A stretch of DNA of 62,503 nt, the filler included, from Asterionella formosa (taxonomy: Eukaryota), in the NCBI GenBank assembly GCA_002256025.1. It is 20 parts of 20 records of this genome, joined end to end, with 100 filler letters (N's around TTAATTAATTAA, not from the genome) between each part and the next. Parts side by side here need not be neighbours in the genome. Positions count along the whole stretch, not along the records: positions 1 to 27,863 come from NKIB01001373.1; positions 27,964 to 29,688 come from NKIB01001375.1; positions 29,789 to 31,513 come from NKIB01001376.1; positions 31,614 to 33,338 come from NKIB01001377.1; positions 33,439 to 35,163 come from NKIB01001378.1; positions 35,264 to 36,987 come from NKIB01001379.1; 14 more parts are not named here. One strand, 5' to 3'. A model generated the notes under the pieces. It made no database searches and had not been told where the DNA came from. It saw only the letters and a list, made by a program, of their open reading frames with translations. Below are positions 24,716 through 37,087 of this stretch, one piece after another. Each line of letters opens with the position of its first letter. Within the stretch, counting starts at the first letter, position 1. Position numbers and translations under genes: made by a program.

Positions 24716-27700
24716 TGTGCCAATTAATCGAGATATAGTCGATGTTGGAAGATTGGTATAGAGATGAGCGGACTACTGATTCTTGTTTGACTCACAAAGC
24801 TGAACAAAGGTAATGTATACAGAGTACCGTATATATATAACAAAAAGTTGGTGCAATATTTAATAGTGTTGTGCTTGCATATTTACAGTTATTTTATCAG
24901 CGCCAACGGACGTGATACACAGTGATCAACGGCTGTATCAGTGATACAGCATTGGTATGGGGTCCAAAAACTGTATCAGTGATACACCCATGATAGACTG
25001 GTGATAGACCAAAAAAACCGTTGGTGATACAAAAAGAACCAAACTGCCATTTTCGTATCATATTTCGGTGATGATACACCAATGACAACAAATAACAGAA
25101 TGATAAGAACGGCCCTAAGCATATGGTAAGGGTGTTTATTGGTGAAAGCTCCATTTAGCGATACACATTGATGTTTTAGTCATGAGAAGTGTCTGTTTGA
25201 GTACTCTGACTCAATATTTGTTTTAAACCCTACCTCTAAACTAGGGTTGAAATGCAGGAACCTTAATTAAGGGAGACTGCAGGAAGTGTGGCAAGGACAT
25301 ACCTTTGATGCAGCAGCGGCAGCAGCGGCAGCACCAACCTCAACCATTACGATCTTCCAACAAGGGGCACAAACGGATCACCATAATTGCAACGAATTCA
25401 CAAGGTCCAATGGCCGCTCCGGCACCGCAAAAGGCAACAAAGCAGCACCAACAACTCCTCAGCTCAAAGCGGCTTTTCAGGAAAAGCTTGGCTGATTGTG
25501 AGCTGTTGCCATCGTATATATGACGACAATAATAAAGGCGGTGCCAACTTGCAACGCTGCTACGACTACAAGAACAGTTGCATCTGCAACAAAATTATAT
25601 GGCTATCATAGCACACCCGTTGCAGCACCTGCGCTATCAACAGCGGACAAATCATCTGATCACATTCTACCCCTTTGACACTTCTGTCACCACCAAACCA
25701 GGGTCAAGGCCACCCTCCATGTTGACAATGGCCACGAAAATTGCAACACCACTTGACACTAAGATAATAATAAATGACCAGATTCCAGTATCATTTCCAA
25801 AGGATGGCATGGATGCCGGTCTCTTTATGCAACAGGGTAAAATGAAGATCCAAACTATTCTACAACATCTATGAAGTGCTCAAATGACTTTTGTCCATTG
25901 ATCCAACTCTCTTTTTTTTCTTCCAATAGAGCCAAACACGGATGGCATTGATGTCCACGCCATCAATACAATTGATCAAGAACTACTTGACAAGTAAATG
26001 ATTCAAATTCCAGCACCACGAAGAACACATATTTATTGTAGAGATCTATACAGTTTAGAAATAAAGGTTTGATATACGCCCAGGATTCTTACCTGTTACA
26101 CATCAAACTTGAGCAACTCATAAAAAGCAGACCATACAAGAACAAGAAATTTGTGGACAAAGCGGATTTTTACATGTGACCTCAGCAAAGCTGGCAGCAC
26201 AAGGACAATCATCTATCACGACATTTTTCAATAAAGAAAATAAACACAACAAAGAATAATTATACCATCTCAAGTGTTGATGTTACCAGTAAAGACAGTG
26301 CAAACTAAGTTCATTTTGGTCAGGAAGGGTTCCCTATGTGATCTGGGCTCCTGATGAACTAATTCAAAGGGCCACCAGACTCAACTAATCGCAATGAATG
26401 CGTATTCAGAAATAGAGTTCTGGTTGGCAAGCAAATCAAGAAATCAAGATATTTTTTACCTGCTATTCTCATGAGAGTGGGCATCCAGCACTATCCACCT
26501 TCCTCCGCTACATATGCGCTGGCGTCACCACATTTGTTGGGCTGATCTTGTGGTGAAGGGGCGCCAAGTGATCTATTCTATCCAAGTAGTTAAGTTCTTA
26601 AGACTCCCTACAATGAAGTTAAAGATACAATCATCAGTAAATCAGTTTGGTGTCATCAGACACATGCACATCATACACATTATTTATTCAAAATTTATTT
26701 GCACATCGTCAGGATGGTTTATTGTTAGAATCTAACAGCTCATCATAGTACCTGACAAAAATACCGGTTCAGTGACAAGATGGACACCTTACTTTGACTT
26801 ACTTTATCATTTTGAGTTTTGATACCAAACAACCAAATATGCATTTATCATACATATAACGAAATATGTATCATGCAAAGAAAAATTCTGTCCCAGTTAT
26901 TGTTTGATCCCCTGATCTTAGAAGTATGATACTTTTTATTTGCAGACAACCTGCTGACAAGACCTGAGCTTTCCTCATTTTATTAGTGTAGGTGCTGATC
27001 CCCTACCACCTTTCACAAAAGGTGGTGGTTGCTTTTGCCCCAGCATTAGGGAAACCAAATGAGTAGTACTGTAGGCAATCATATCATGGTGTCATGACAG
27101 CTACCAGCAGCAGAATTGCCAAATGATAAATTAAACTGTGTTCTCCCTATAGTAAAACCCGTCTTCCAAGGTACCCTTCTAGGCGGCTACGTGCCTTCTC
27201 TTATGCAAACATAAACATAGAGTGACCTTCTGGCAATTCCCACTGCAGCTATCGTCTTGGCATTCAGGTACTTCTAAGTATTTTTAAAGCTCGAAGTAAT
27301 TTCTTAAGTAATTTTTATTTAGGGGCAATATGCTGGGACACATCGAATTTTTTGGCATTACACTTGCCGATTTTAGCATGACAGCCAGAATAACGGTAAT
27401 ACAACCCTGATCATTCCATTCTGATGAAGTGTGTTCGCCAGGCTGCTCCAGCACAATCGACTCCCTCTAGCTGAGAAGTTTTATGTAGCTTGCGATACGA
27501 ACTAGTAGAAAGGTAGCAAAGCGCGTTAGAAGAAAAGCATTGACGGGCAGCAATATTGGCATCATGGTCAACGACTATAAAAATCAACAACAATACATCT
27601 TCAAAGGGTAGTCATTGATACACACATATGCCCTTGTGTAGATAGTTACGCTTGAATCAAAACAACAGTGTGGAACGACAAAGAACCATGGCTGGAAGCG

Positions 27701-27863
27701 ATCAAAATGAACGATGGAGGTAATCAAATCGGAAATTTGACAATTATTATCAATGACCACATTCAACGTTTCGCTGCTGCACTCACTGATCCGCTCTAAC
27801 AAGTGTAACATGCAGCAGACAATGGGCTCAAAAGAAAGTCGAAAATCCTGTGGTTGCAAGCCC

Positions 27864-27963
27864 NNNNNNNNNNNNNNNNNNNNNNNNNNNNNNNNNNNNN
27901 NNNNNNNTTAATTAATTAANNNNNNNNNNNNNNNNNNNNNNNNNNNNNNNNNNNNNNNNNNNN
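27864..27963. other. Artificial contig spacer, first of 19. Others start at 29689, 31514, 33339, 35164, 36988, 38813, 40637, 42461, 44285, 46108, 47931, 49753, 51575, 53397, 55219, 57041, 58862 and 60683.
   Basis: Identical 100-bp N44-TTAATTAATTAA-N44 blocks that place stops in all six frames. Confidence 0.98.
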
Positions 27964-28093
27964 TCAAATGGCAGGAGTGACGCTACGACAGCACATTCCC
28001 AAGCTGACTCAAGTTGTTATTGCGTTTTGAGTGAAACAGTAAACTAGGTTGTTGAATGTATATAAAAGTCTTGCACGTCTACATGATACTAGT

Positions 28094-28312
28094 CTAGTTT
28101 CCAACCAGAATGTTATTGATTGGAATGTGCACAAGCTTGACAAAGAATCCAATGAATCCCATGATGAGGAATCCAATGCCGGTAGCCTTCGCAATTTGAG
28201 TGAATTCCTTGCGATCAGGTTTGGTGCATTTTTTGACCAAATGAATCGAGTCCTTGGCAAATTGCTTGAGAGGTTCAATCAAGACCTCATTAAAACCCTC
28301 CTTTTCAGACAT
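28094..28312 (-). CDS. SEC61G: Protein transport protein Sec61 gamma subunit
   Basis: [25 protein letters not shown]...[26 protein letters not shown] is the canonical Sec61-gamma/Sss1 sequence. Confidence 0.97.
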   Translation of the reverse strand: MSEKEGFNEVLIEPLKQFAKDSIHLVKKCTKPDRKEFTQIAKATGIGFLIMGFIGFFVKLVHIPINNILVGN

Positions 28313-29411
28313 GATATTGCTTGAATGTTTGGGATGTTACCTGTGAACAAGAATAAGGAGCGAGCAATCATGAGATGATGACACTTTGGGTACATATTCG
28401 AGGGTGCGCCTGAATAAAGGTCTGCAGTTCGTAGAAATTCCTGTAAATTACAAACGACAATTTCCATGGCAGCTGTGTTGGGGAACAATAAAGGCAGCGA
28501 CTCGAAAACAACTGCACGTGCGACACACAAGCGCCCCTTGTTAAGCCCCATCATGAACGATCAGACCCCCAGTGTGACCCCAACATGTTGCTGTGCCTCA
28601 ACAGACGCCGTTACTCTTGCTCCAAGTTGACAAGTAGCAAAGGCCATTGATCCCCTTGGTTCTGAAGTCAATGCTCACTTTCAGTCACAGTTTCCACCTT
28701 CCCTTTTGCTCCATGAGGACGAGGAGAGTTTAGGTGTAACGCACATCCTCCGTTCTGTCATTCTATCCATATTGGTATCCCAGAATAATGTTCATGTATC
28801 CTTGCACCACCAGCATCAGCAGCAGCAGCAGCAGCTACAACGACAACAGCAATCGCTACGACGACCCATAATGCCCGCTCGTCATGGTTCACTCAACACA
28901 CACCTCACGTTTCGATATGTGGCAATGACTGAATAATATAGTACCGTACCGTCCCTGGTACCAGGACCAGGTACCACGTAAACGATTGTAGCATGGTACC
29001 TGGTACCATGCGGTCGTACAATACGCTCATCATAACGGTATATGGTACCAGGTAGGATACCGGTACCCAACGTTGTCTTGAGGGACTCAAAGTGACTTCA
29101 GACTACCTGGTACCACCCGGTGCCTGGTAACCGGTATACCGGTATTTGATTACAAATAATAAAGGGAATGAAAATAACAATACTGTACCATGCTACGGGC
29201 AGACGAGGTCAAACAACCACCAAGCAAAATGTCAGATCACACCAGCATCACTCTCGCTCAAGCAAACAAATGAAATAATCTGTGACCGAGACCCAAAAAA
29301 TCTCGTGGGTCTGGCTTTCATTTATATTCCATTTCATCCCTGTTTACTGATCCGTTTACACGATACTTCTGTGAATACTCTAACCAAATCAAAGATACAT
29401 AGCTTGACAAC

Positions 29412-29688
29412 ATGGAAGAATCTAAACTCATTGCCCTTCATGACACCTTGACCAAACTGGGGAAGCAACAGGGCCTTGGTGTTTCCTCTCAATATTCTTG
29501 GGCAACAAACGCCGTTATCGAAGAACGCAAGGATGGTCTTCCAGCCAATGCACTTTATGCCAACTTTGTGAAAGAGGGAAGTTACGATCCATCAAAGAAA
29601 AATCTTCATGGTGATGGTCGGATGATTAAGCGAAACTTTGATGACACAACTATTCCTCAAATTACCACTGATGACGATGACGATTCGC
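29412..29688 (+). CDS. Hypothetical protein, 5' partial, divergent from Sec61-gamma
   Basis: ATG in an ACAAC context, open to the contig end, protein-like composition with an acidic stretch. Confidence 0.6.
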
Positions 29689-29788
29689 NNNNNNNNNNNN
29701 NNNNNNNNNNNNNNNNNNNNNNNNNNNNNNNNTTAATTAATTAANNNNNNNNNNNNNNNNNNNNNNNNNNNNNNNNNNNNNNNNNNNN

Positions 29789-30101
29789 TGGCTTCTGTAT
29801 TGCTTCCATGTCCATGCTGTAAAGGCAGTTTTTGCTGCTTTGGATCCCTGTTTTGCATGTGAGTGTGTACCCAAACGCTGTGTTAGAACTGCATGCGATG
29901 TCGTCCCCAAAGTGATCAACGACGAGAACGTACCGACTTGACAACCTTTTGATAGAGGGCTGGTCGATCGCCACATCGTTCAACAATGTCATCAAAGTTT
30001 TCCATCAAGGTTCTTGCAGGAATCGCACTCATTCCCTCGGAGCCCATCCGGATCTTGACCGCTTGAGTCACATCAGAAGTGAAGATTGGGTTGTTTGACA
30101 T
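29789..30101 (-). CDS. Long-chain acyl-CoA synthetase, bubblegum (ACSBG)-type, 5' partial; intron 29848-29933
   Basis: FTSDVTQAVKIRM...TLMENFDDIVERCGDRPAL, spliced (GTACGT...CAG, phase 0) to AFTAWTWKQYRS. This is a typical ACSBG N-terminus. Confidence 0.75.
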
Positions 30102-30650
30102 GACGGAACGTAGTGGTGAGTGATGGTTTAATCGTGCTGTAAACGTTGGTTGGTTGATGATTTGGATGTTCGTTTGAATTGCTTTTATTTTTTGTGGATC
30201 ATTTGTAAGATTTATATAATCTGGCTAATGTTGTGTTTGTATCAGCCAGGATCATTTATTACCTACCGACACCATCTACCGAGTAGCACACGTTAGTCTA
30301 CATATTTTTGATAAATAAAATTGTCCGTTGCTTGTGACGTTAATTTCACGTAGAATACATACTGTAATAAATAGCACACTGGTAGATCACAAATACCGTC
30401 TACAGCACTGATTCACGTACATCAAAGATATGTGCGTCGTGGAGCTGGGTCTTGTCCTTCAAGTCGCATGCTCACAAGGTGACAATGCAGGAAGAATACG
30501 TCAGCATGACGGATGCTGACAAGAAAAGATCCTAAGCAAGAATGCAGGAATAATACGTCAGCAAGATGGATTTGTTTACCACCGTAGCATGTCCGGACTG
30601 TACCGGGTCTTATATCTTATACAGATATTCAGTCGTTCCAATAGACCCGG

Positions 30651-30838
30651 GCAAGTTGCGGTAATCTTGCTCAGCTAAAGATTTAGTTATCTTTATCCCA
30701 GATCAAATTGTTGATAAAAGCAAAATGACCGCAACTTGCAGGTACTCCTGGAAGTTCCGGTGATTTTGCTCAACAAAACATTTAGCTATCTTTATCTAGG
30801 ATTAAATTCTTGATTTAAGCCAAATGACCGCAACTTGC
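30651..30838. repeat. Two tandem 89-bp units, each bounded by 12-bp inverted repeats
   Basis: GCAAGTTGCGGT...ACCGCAACTTGC (30651-30739) and GGAAGTTCCGGT...ACCGCAACTTGC (30750-30838), with similar interiors. Confidence 0.75.
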
Positions 30839-31928
30839 TCGCGGTCCCACGGTCCCAGGTCCATTCATACTGAACTGTCCCTACATACTGTGCAGAAGCA
30901 GAGCTTACTGGGATACCAGGTACCACCCCTGGTACCAGTAACGAACAATGAGTCTTTGCGAACTCCACGTCAGCCATTCCGTCAGATACCATGCAGTGGG
31001 CAAAGGAGATGATGCGCGCCGCATCATGATGATGAATATGATGATATGCATGCAGCCATGTGCTAACGCTGTTTTGAAGTGTGTTGAGGATTCCAACAGA
31101 AGGTTGATCTACCATCACGACACGACACGCCTGCCAGGCCGAACAAATCCTTCTGATGTCTGGCTGGCTACCTGATCTGTGAAGCCACTTCTTATGCTCA
31201 CATCATTTGTTCTGTTCTTTGAATAATACCGATGTACTATATAACAATAATAATATAGTTTGACTCTTCCTTCCTTCGCTCTGTGGACGCTAGAGAGCTG
31301 GCCCAAGAGTATATCTACCCGGTCGTACTCCAGAAAGGGAACTGCCATTCTATTCCAAGCTATCCCAAACATACGAACGAAGGAACCAATCATGAAGCTT
31401 CTATTGTCCGCATTCGTGTCCATACTTGTTTTCCATTTCCTTGTCATCAAAAGGACAAAAGCCTTCGGTAAAATGCAGTCCTTCCGTTATATGGTTCGAC
31501 GAACACATGCTCCNNNNNNNNNNNNNNNNNNNNNNNNNNNNNNNNNNNNNNNNNNNNTTAATTAATTAANNNNNNNNNNNNNNNNNNNNNNNNNNNNNNN
31601 NNNNNNNNNNNNNTTCCATGGAAGTGAAAAGGGGCAAGTGCTATCTGCAATTAGATTCCCACAACTCTTTCTCGTATTCAACTCCATGGAATTAGAAACT
31701 ATCTATAATATAGTTGTAGTGTACATGGTATGACTTAAACATGCAGCTAGGCTGAAAACGATAGTGAAGGAAACAGCACAAGTAATTCGAGGAACAATTT
31801 ACACTTATACCATTCTATTACTTAGGTAAATTCGGATCGTCCACCAGGTAAGCCAATGCGAGGTAAGCACCATAACCCTCTTGTTACTCATAGAGATTTC
31901 GTTATTGATTGACTGTGTCATCGTCTTC

Positions 31929-32492
31929 TTAGGCCACTGCACGCATGATCTGACCACGGATCTCACCATTGGGGCATTTCGCAGTATGAATGTTGACATA
32001 GAGCGAGCCAGCTAGGAGGAGTGTTGCCTGGGCAGCAGTAAGGGTGAAACACTGATTCTTGACAGAAGAAGTGCTAGTGATGCTAAAGATGACACCACCG
32101 GCGACACCAATGTTTCCAGGTCCATGAATGTGAGAAGCAACTTCAGCACCAGAAAGGCCGCCATAGCCAAGACGCATACAAAGCTTGCTGTTGACGTAGG
32201 TGTAAACGGCATTTCCCATACCGTTCGCAGTGCTGGTACAGGAGTCGACGTTCTGAGCACGGCTTAGGACAGAGAAGAATTTGATAGGAGTAGTTGCAAG
32301 GCGGCGCAGTCCACCGTCACGACCAATATCACCTGCTACTTCAGCATCGGCGTCAGCAGAAGCATCCAAAGCTGACGACGAAACAGTTACACCTTGCTGG
32401 TTTTCATCAACGTGGACAATGTTGGCGGACGACGCAGCAGCAGAGAGGAGAGAGACGAGAAATACCATGGTGTGGATGACTGAAAGCTTCAT
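31929..32492 (-). CDS. Secreted CHRD-domain protein with RXL propeptide motif
   Basis: Signal peptide, acidic propeptide ending GLRRL, and CHRD motifs GLSGAEVASHIHGP and GSLYVNIHTAKCPNGEIRGQI. Confidence 0.9.
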   Translation of the reverse strand: MKLSVIHTMVFLVSLLSAAASSANIVHVDENQQGVTVSSSALDASADADAEVAGDIGRDGGLRRLATTPIKFFSVLSRAQNVDSCTSTANGMGNAVYTYVNSKLCMRLGYGGLSGAEVASHIHGPGNIGVAGGVIFSITSTSSVKNQCFTLTAAQATLLLAGSLYVNIHTAKCPNGEIRGQIMRAVA

Positions 32493-33438
32493 GATTATAG
32501 TTGATGTTGTAGAGAAAGATTGACAGATTGCTTTGAAGGGACGTTTGTTAATTTATGAGAATGTTCGAACGACACTCTTCCTTCATGGATTAAGGCAACG
32601 AAAAGCTGCATTCCAATCATCATGGTCCCAGTTTTGCTTGTGAGCAATTAGATTTCCCTTCATCAGCCCGCAAACGAAGAAGCTGCATGCGGCGGGTTAG
32701 GCGAAAACGAGCTAGAATCGTCTCCATTTCTTTGTGACGAAGCGGAATACTACTTTGTTACAACATAGCAGGACATGGGACCTGGAAGATCTGGCAAAAG
32801 TAGCAAATATACGATACGAGAACAATAGTACCGCACCTGTTACCTGGTACTGGTATTTATGTAACATTTATAATAATACCTGGCAGCAGCTGCCAAGGCA
32901 AAATTTTGGTCCCAGTTTTGTGAAAAATAAAATGTTTGATTTGTGGCGGTACCTGGTACCAAATCTATAATCCTGTAATACTATACTCCGACCGAGTACT
33001 TGTAAATATATATATTACCAGTAGACTAATTTCTGGTCATCAAGACTACCGGTAAACCAAGACTTTTGCGCCAGTACCCAGTGACTTACAAGTAATGTTT
33101 ACTTAAACTCAAAGCCAGGATTAAACCTGACATGGAGCAATAATGAATAATAATCCCCACCAATGTCTTACACATGGGCATTTAAGGTGAGATTAATGAC
33201 TAGAATGGGTCATGATAGACTTACAATTTTCAACCTATTTCAATGGTTGTCAGTAGACTCTCATAAATAATTAGATGTTAAGAATTAAAATGATTCTATT
33301 TTTCATGGTGGGGATGGTAGTTGGATCCAATGCGACCANNNNNNNNNNNNNNNNNNNNNNNNNNNNNNNNNNNNNNNNNNNNTTAATTAATTAANNNNNN
33401 NNNNNNNNNNNNNNNNNNNNNNNNNNNNNNNNNNNNNN

Positions 33439-35163
33439 AGGCCGTTGCTAACCGTTGACCCAAACCAAAACCCAAAAACTTTTTTTTGGATTGGTTTTGG
33501 TTTTGGTCAACTGACGAAAAAACGATGCTATCGGTTTTTGGGAAATCCTAAATGCTGTCAACCACCCATCTACTGTGACGTAGGATGACAAAACCATTAT
33601 AAAAAAAGTAAAATATTTCTATTAGACTACTTTTATAAATGAAATATTATGATTCCTATTTGGGAATTAGTTAGTTTTTCCCGCAATTTGAGCGATGCTG
33701 CTGTCTTGTTGTCATCCAACTACACACCAGTATGTATATATATAATAAAGAGTCGTAAATATATAATCCAAGTAGATATTACCAGGTACACAACAACAAC
33801 AAGAACATAACAACATCTGTCGATTGCCAACAATCAGCATCCTCGATCATGGTGCCAGCACCCCTTCCAGCCAAGAGCTCTCTTTCTCCCTCTGCATGGC
33901 AAAAGGAGTTGCAACGAACTGTTGCTGTTGCTGTTCTGGACAAGGTATCAGGAGGGCCAACAATGACAATCAAAAATCTTCAGAATAAAATATATCTACT
34001 TTATCATGGCGATCCATCCGTGAAAGGAAGCATTGGATATTTGGAGTCTCTGCTGAGGGGAAGGGGTCAGTTCGAAGACCTTTGGAGTAGAGAGGAGCTG
34101 AATACCAACCTCCCAGAAAGAAATGCAGATCGTGTTTCTGCCTTTGATTTGGTCTTAAAAGATTGCTATTCCCGTGATTATCAAAACAGATATGTTGTTG
34201 GCTCTCAATTCACTACAAGATCTCTTGCAGGCACTGGAATGAAAAATATGTCCACTTTAATTACTGGTCGAACTCTATTGAAGATGGCTCAGCATGCCCT
34301 TCTGAATTGGAAGAAGGCCTTAGCATTTGGGTCGCAATTTTTACTCCCTGATGGGACTTTGCCTTCCGGGAACAATGTTGAGGACTATGACAACCATGTA
34401 TTAAACCATATGTTTCGATATCTGAAGGGTCGAACCAGCTATAGCGACCCAGCTAATGATGAGGATGAGGATGATGATGATGAGGAAATCTTGGGTGCTG
34501 CTGTGGCATTGAATGATGATGTTGGGATGCCTGTGGATTATTATTTTCATGGCTGGATTGGATTCAAATTGTTTGGACCATTTGCTAGAGATGAGTTCAA
34601 GTCTATTCTCTTGCTAACAAAGGATTGTGTCTTTGAGAATGGCAAGAAAGAATCAGCAGGCCGTGCATCAGCTAGAAAATTGGTTGCAGAAGAACGAAGT
34701 TTCAGTCGTGCTTCTGATATGTCAATTGATTGCTCCATTCGAAGCAGAGGCCAGCTGAAAGTCGAGGACGCATCAGTAGAAGCAGCAAAACTGGCTTTAT
34801 CAGAAGATTTGATTAACAATTCAATTGTGGGAAATGCATTGTTTGGTCTGAGTCAATCTGCTGCATGCACTCGTGATCGGATGAAAGGTCTTCTGCAACA
34901 ACAAGCTAGATACCCATTGGAACATATAATGTTTGCAAACATCCAAACCAAGCTTGATATTTTAGATGGAAAACTGGAATCTATTACAAATCAGATTGAC
35001 AGTCTGTCTTCTCAGAGAACCAGAAAACGTGAAAACATTGTGGATGAGTATTACTCAAAGAAGAGTAGATTCATGTCATCATCAAGTCCATTGTCAGATG
35101 ATATTCCCAGCTCAAGCCCTTTCTCACCTGTGAATGACTTGGGTATATTAAGTATGACTACTA
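33439..35163 (+). mobile_element. DNA transposon end (AGGCCG(T/A)TGCTAAC terminus) with an accessory ORF at 33849-35163 (partial)
   Basis: The contig starts AGGCCGTTGCTAAC; the inverted form GTTAGCATCGGCCT lies at 35545-35558. Segment 33525-33690 is repeated at 35571-35732. The long ORF has no catalytic motif I recognise. Confidence 0.5.
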
Positions 35164-35274
35164 NNNNNNNNNNNNNNNNNNNNNNNNNNNNNNNNNNNNN
35201 NNNNNNNTTAATTAATTAANNNNNNNNNNNNNNNNNNNNNNNNNNNNNNNNNNNNNNNNNNNNATCAAATAATT

Positions 35275-35411
35275 AACGTGATGTATTCAGATAATATATA
35301 GATATATTCAAGTAAGCATTTTGATGTATTCAACTAATTCATGTGATCCATTCAAAATCAACTAGGCTTATTTACGTGATGGTCACTTCACGTAATACAC
35401 GGCTTAGATGT
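35275..35411. repeat. Dispersed repeat or element end, shared with 47668-47803
   Basis: AACGTGATGTATTCAGATAATATATAG...CGGCTTAGATGT is near-identical in both places and ends at the same base. Confidence 0.8.
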
Positions 35412-35784
35412 TGGGTAACTTATTGGGATATGGGCACGGAATCCCCTAAACGTAATGCGTTTGCGTTGGGTTTTTCACTCCCGTTAGCATCGTTTTTTAG
35501 GGTTACCGAAACCTAAACACTGTTTGGTTTGGTTTTGGTCCACTGTTAGCATCGGCCTGATGCAAAAACAATGCTATCGGTTTTTGGGAAATCCTAAATG
35601 TTGTCAACCACCCATCTTCTGTGACGCAAGATGACAAAACCATTATAAAAAAAGTAAAATTTCTATTAGACTACTTTTATAAATGATTTATTATAATTCC
35701 TATTTGGGAATTAGTTAGTTTTCCCCGCAATTTACCGGTAGTACCGTAAACATAAATACTCTGACCACACTTCTTCATGATGAA

Positions 35785-36081
35785 ATGCAACTGACAGCAG
35801 ATTCAGCAACCCAGACAGAATTGAATGCCGCTATCTCGACCATCACACCAGCAGGACTGAATCTAAAGGAAGGTATCACCGGCACCCTTCTTGACAAAGT
35901 TATTGAATTCAGGAACATAGAGGATTCAAGGAATGGCATCAATCTCGATCAGATGGGTCGACAATGGAAAGAATCAGCGCTATGGGCAATCGCGCAAAAT
36001 AAAAGGTATACATCAAGACTTCTTGTGTCGGCTGGACGCTTCAAACTGGGAACGGAAGCACTAGACAATATGACTAGGTGA
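35785..36081 (+). pseudogene. Possible C-terminal fragment of a DDE (pogo-like) transposase
   Basis: Protein-like 98-aa fragment following TE subterminal sequence. Resemblance only. Confidence 0.3.
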
Positions 36082-37087
36082 GGGAAACCGACAAATATTA
36101 GTAGAAATAAGTGTAGTTTAAATAACAAACAAAACGAATCTCAGTGACAAGATAATGTAATAAGTTATTGTGAGCGAACAACCAAATTCGGAGACAGCAA
36201 AGATCTTTCTTCTTTCGTCCACCTCGCTCAAATCAAAGGCCAAACCAAACAGCCGAAGACCCGAACATAGACCCACAGACATGATCATATATATCAACTA
36301 CAATAATAGCGATTGCATCATTGCCAACAGCAACATTCCTGAACATGACAGATCTCATCCAACGATCGCCAAGCCAATAAATTCTCCTCATCACACAAAC
36401 AAACCAACTGCCATGCGCTCGAATGGATATCATCTCATCGAAATTTAAATCTGAGAACCCAGAAAATCGGACATTCTCACACTCCCTTATTCGACGGAAA
36501 AAAATGCTCACGAGCGCAAGACATCACCACAACTGTAACGCCATTCTATGTTTAAGAAAAACAGAAAGGGGGGAGAGGCTTAGTAAATATGTCGGCAATT
36601 TGTTCATCCGAATTGACATGCTCAATGCTGATTAACTGGCGGCGAACATGATCACAGAAATGATGATATTTGTTTTTGATGTGCTTTGTGTGGGGTCGCA
36701 TTTTTGGGATACAGGCTGTTGGAGAAAATATTTTAGGAAAGAAAATCCCGGTATAAATTACCTACTACATATTGAATCGAATGAATCAAGAAAGAATATG
36801 GTACCAGAGAATTCGAAAACAATCTACACCAACAGTAAAAACCCATAATTCTATTAAACTCTTAGGAACGATTACAATCGATCACGGAGACATCGTTGTT
36901 ATATCTACAGCCTATTTGGTCCCTGACGTGTCCTTACAGGATACAAGAAAGCATAGAGTGCTTCGGGACGCAATTTCAACAGTTTTANNNNNNNNNNNNN
37001 NNNNNNNNNNNNNNNNNNNNNNNNNNNNNNNTTAATTAATTAANNNNNNNNNNNNNNNNNNNNNNNNNNNNNNNNNNNNNNNNNNNN

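Larger units (their letters stand above)
21784..25115 (+). mobile_element. PIF/Harbinger transposon copy 2: both ends present, ORFs degenerate
   Basis: Perfect 17-bp TIR GGGCCGTTCTTATCATT / AATGATAAGAACGGCCC. TAA TSD at 21781-21783 and 25116-25118. GTATCA/TGATAC subterminal repeats. Confidence 0.93.
16942..25262. mobile_element. TTAA-targeting non-autonomous TIR element (Kolobok-like), copy 1, carrying two nested insertions
   Basis: Ends GGTTCCTGCATTTCAA...TTGAAATGCAGGAACC, flanked by TCAA and TTAA. Segments 16942-17638, 21752-21783 and 25119-25262 are colinear with the uninterrupted copy at 46212-47421. Confidence 0.85.

Noticed and set aside
25296..26500. Degenerate coding-like region, possibly a LINE ORF1 remnant
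   Set aside because: Too many stops and no motif I can name.
28706..28936. Poly-Gln ORF
   Set aside because: Short, starts with TTG and is explained by a CAG microsatellite in intergenic DNA.
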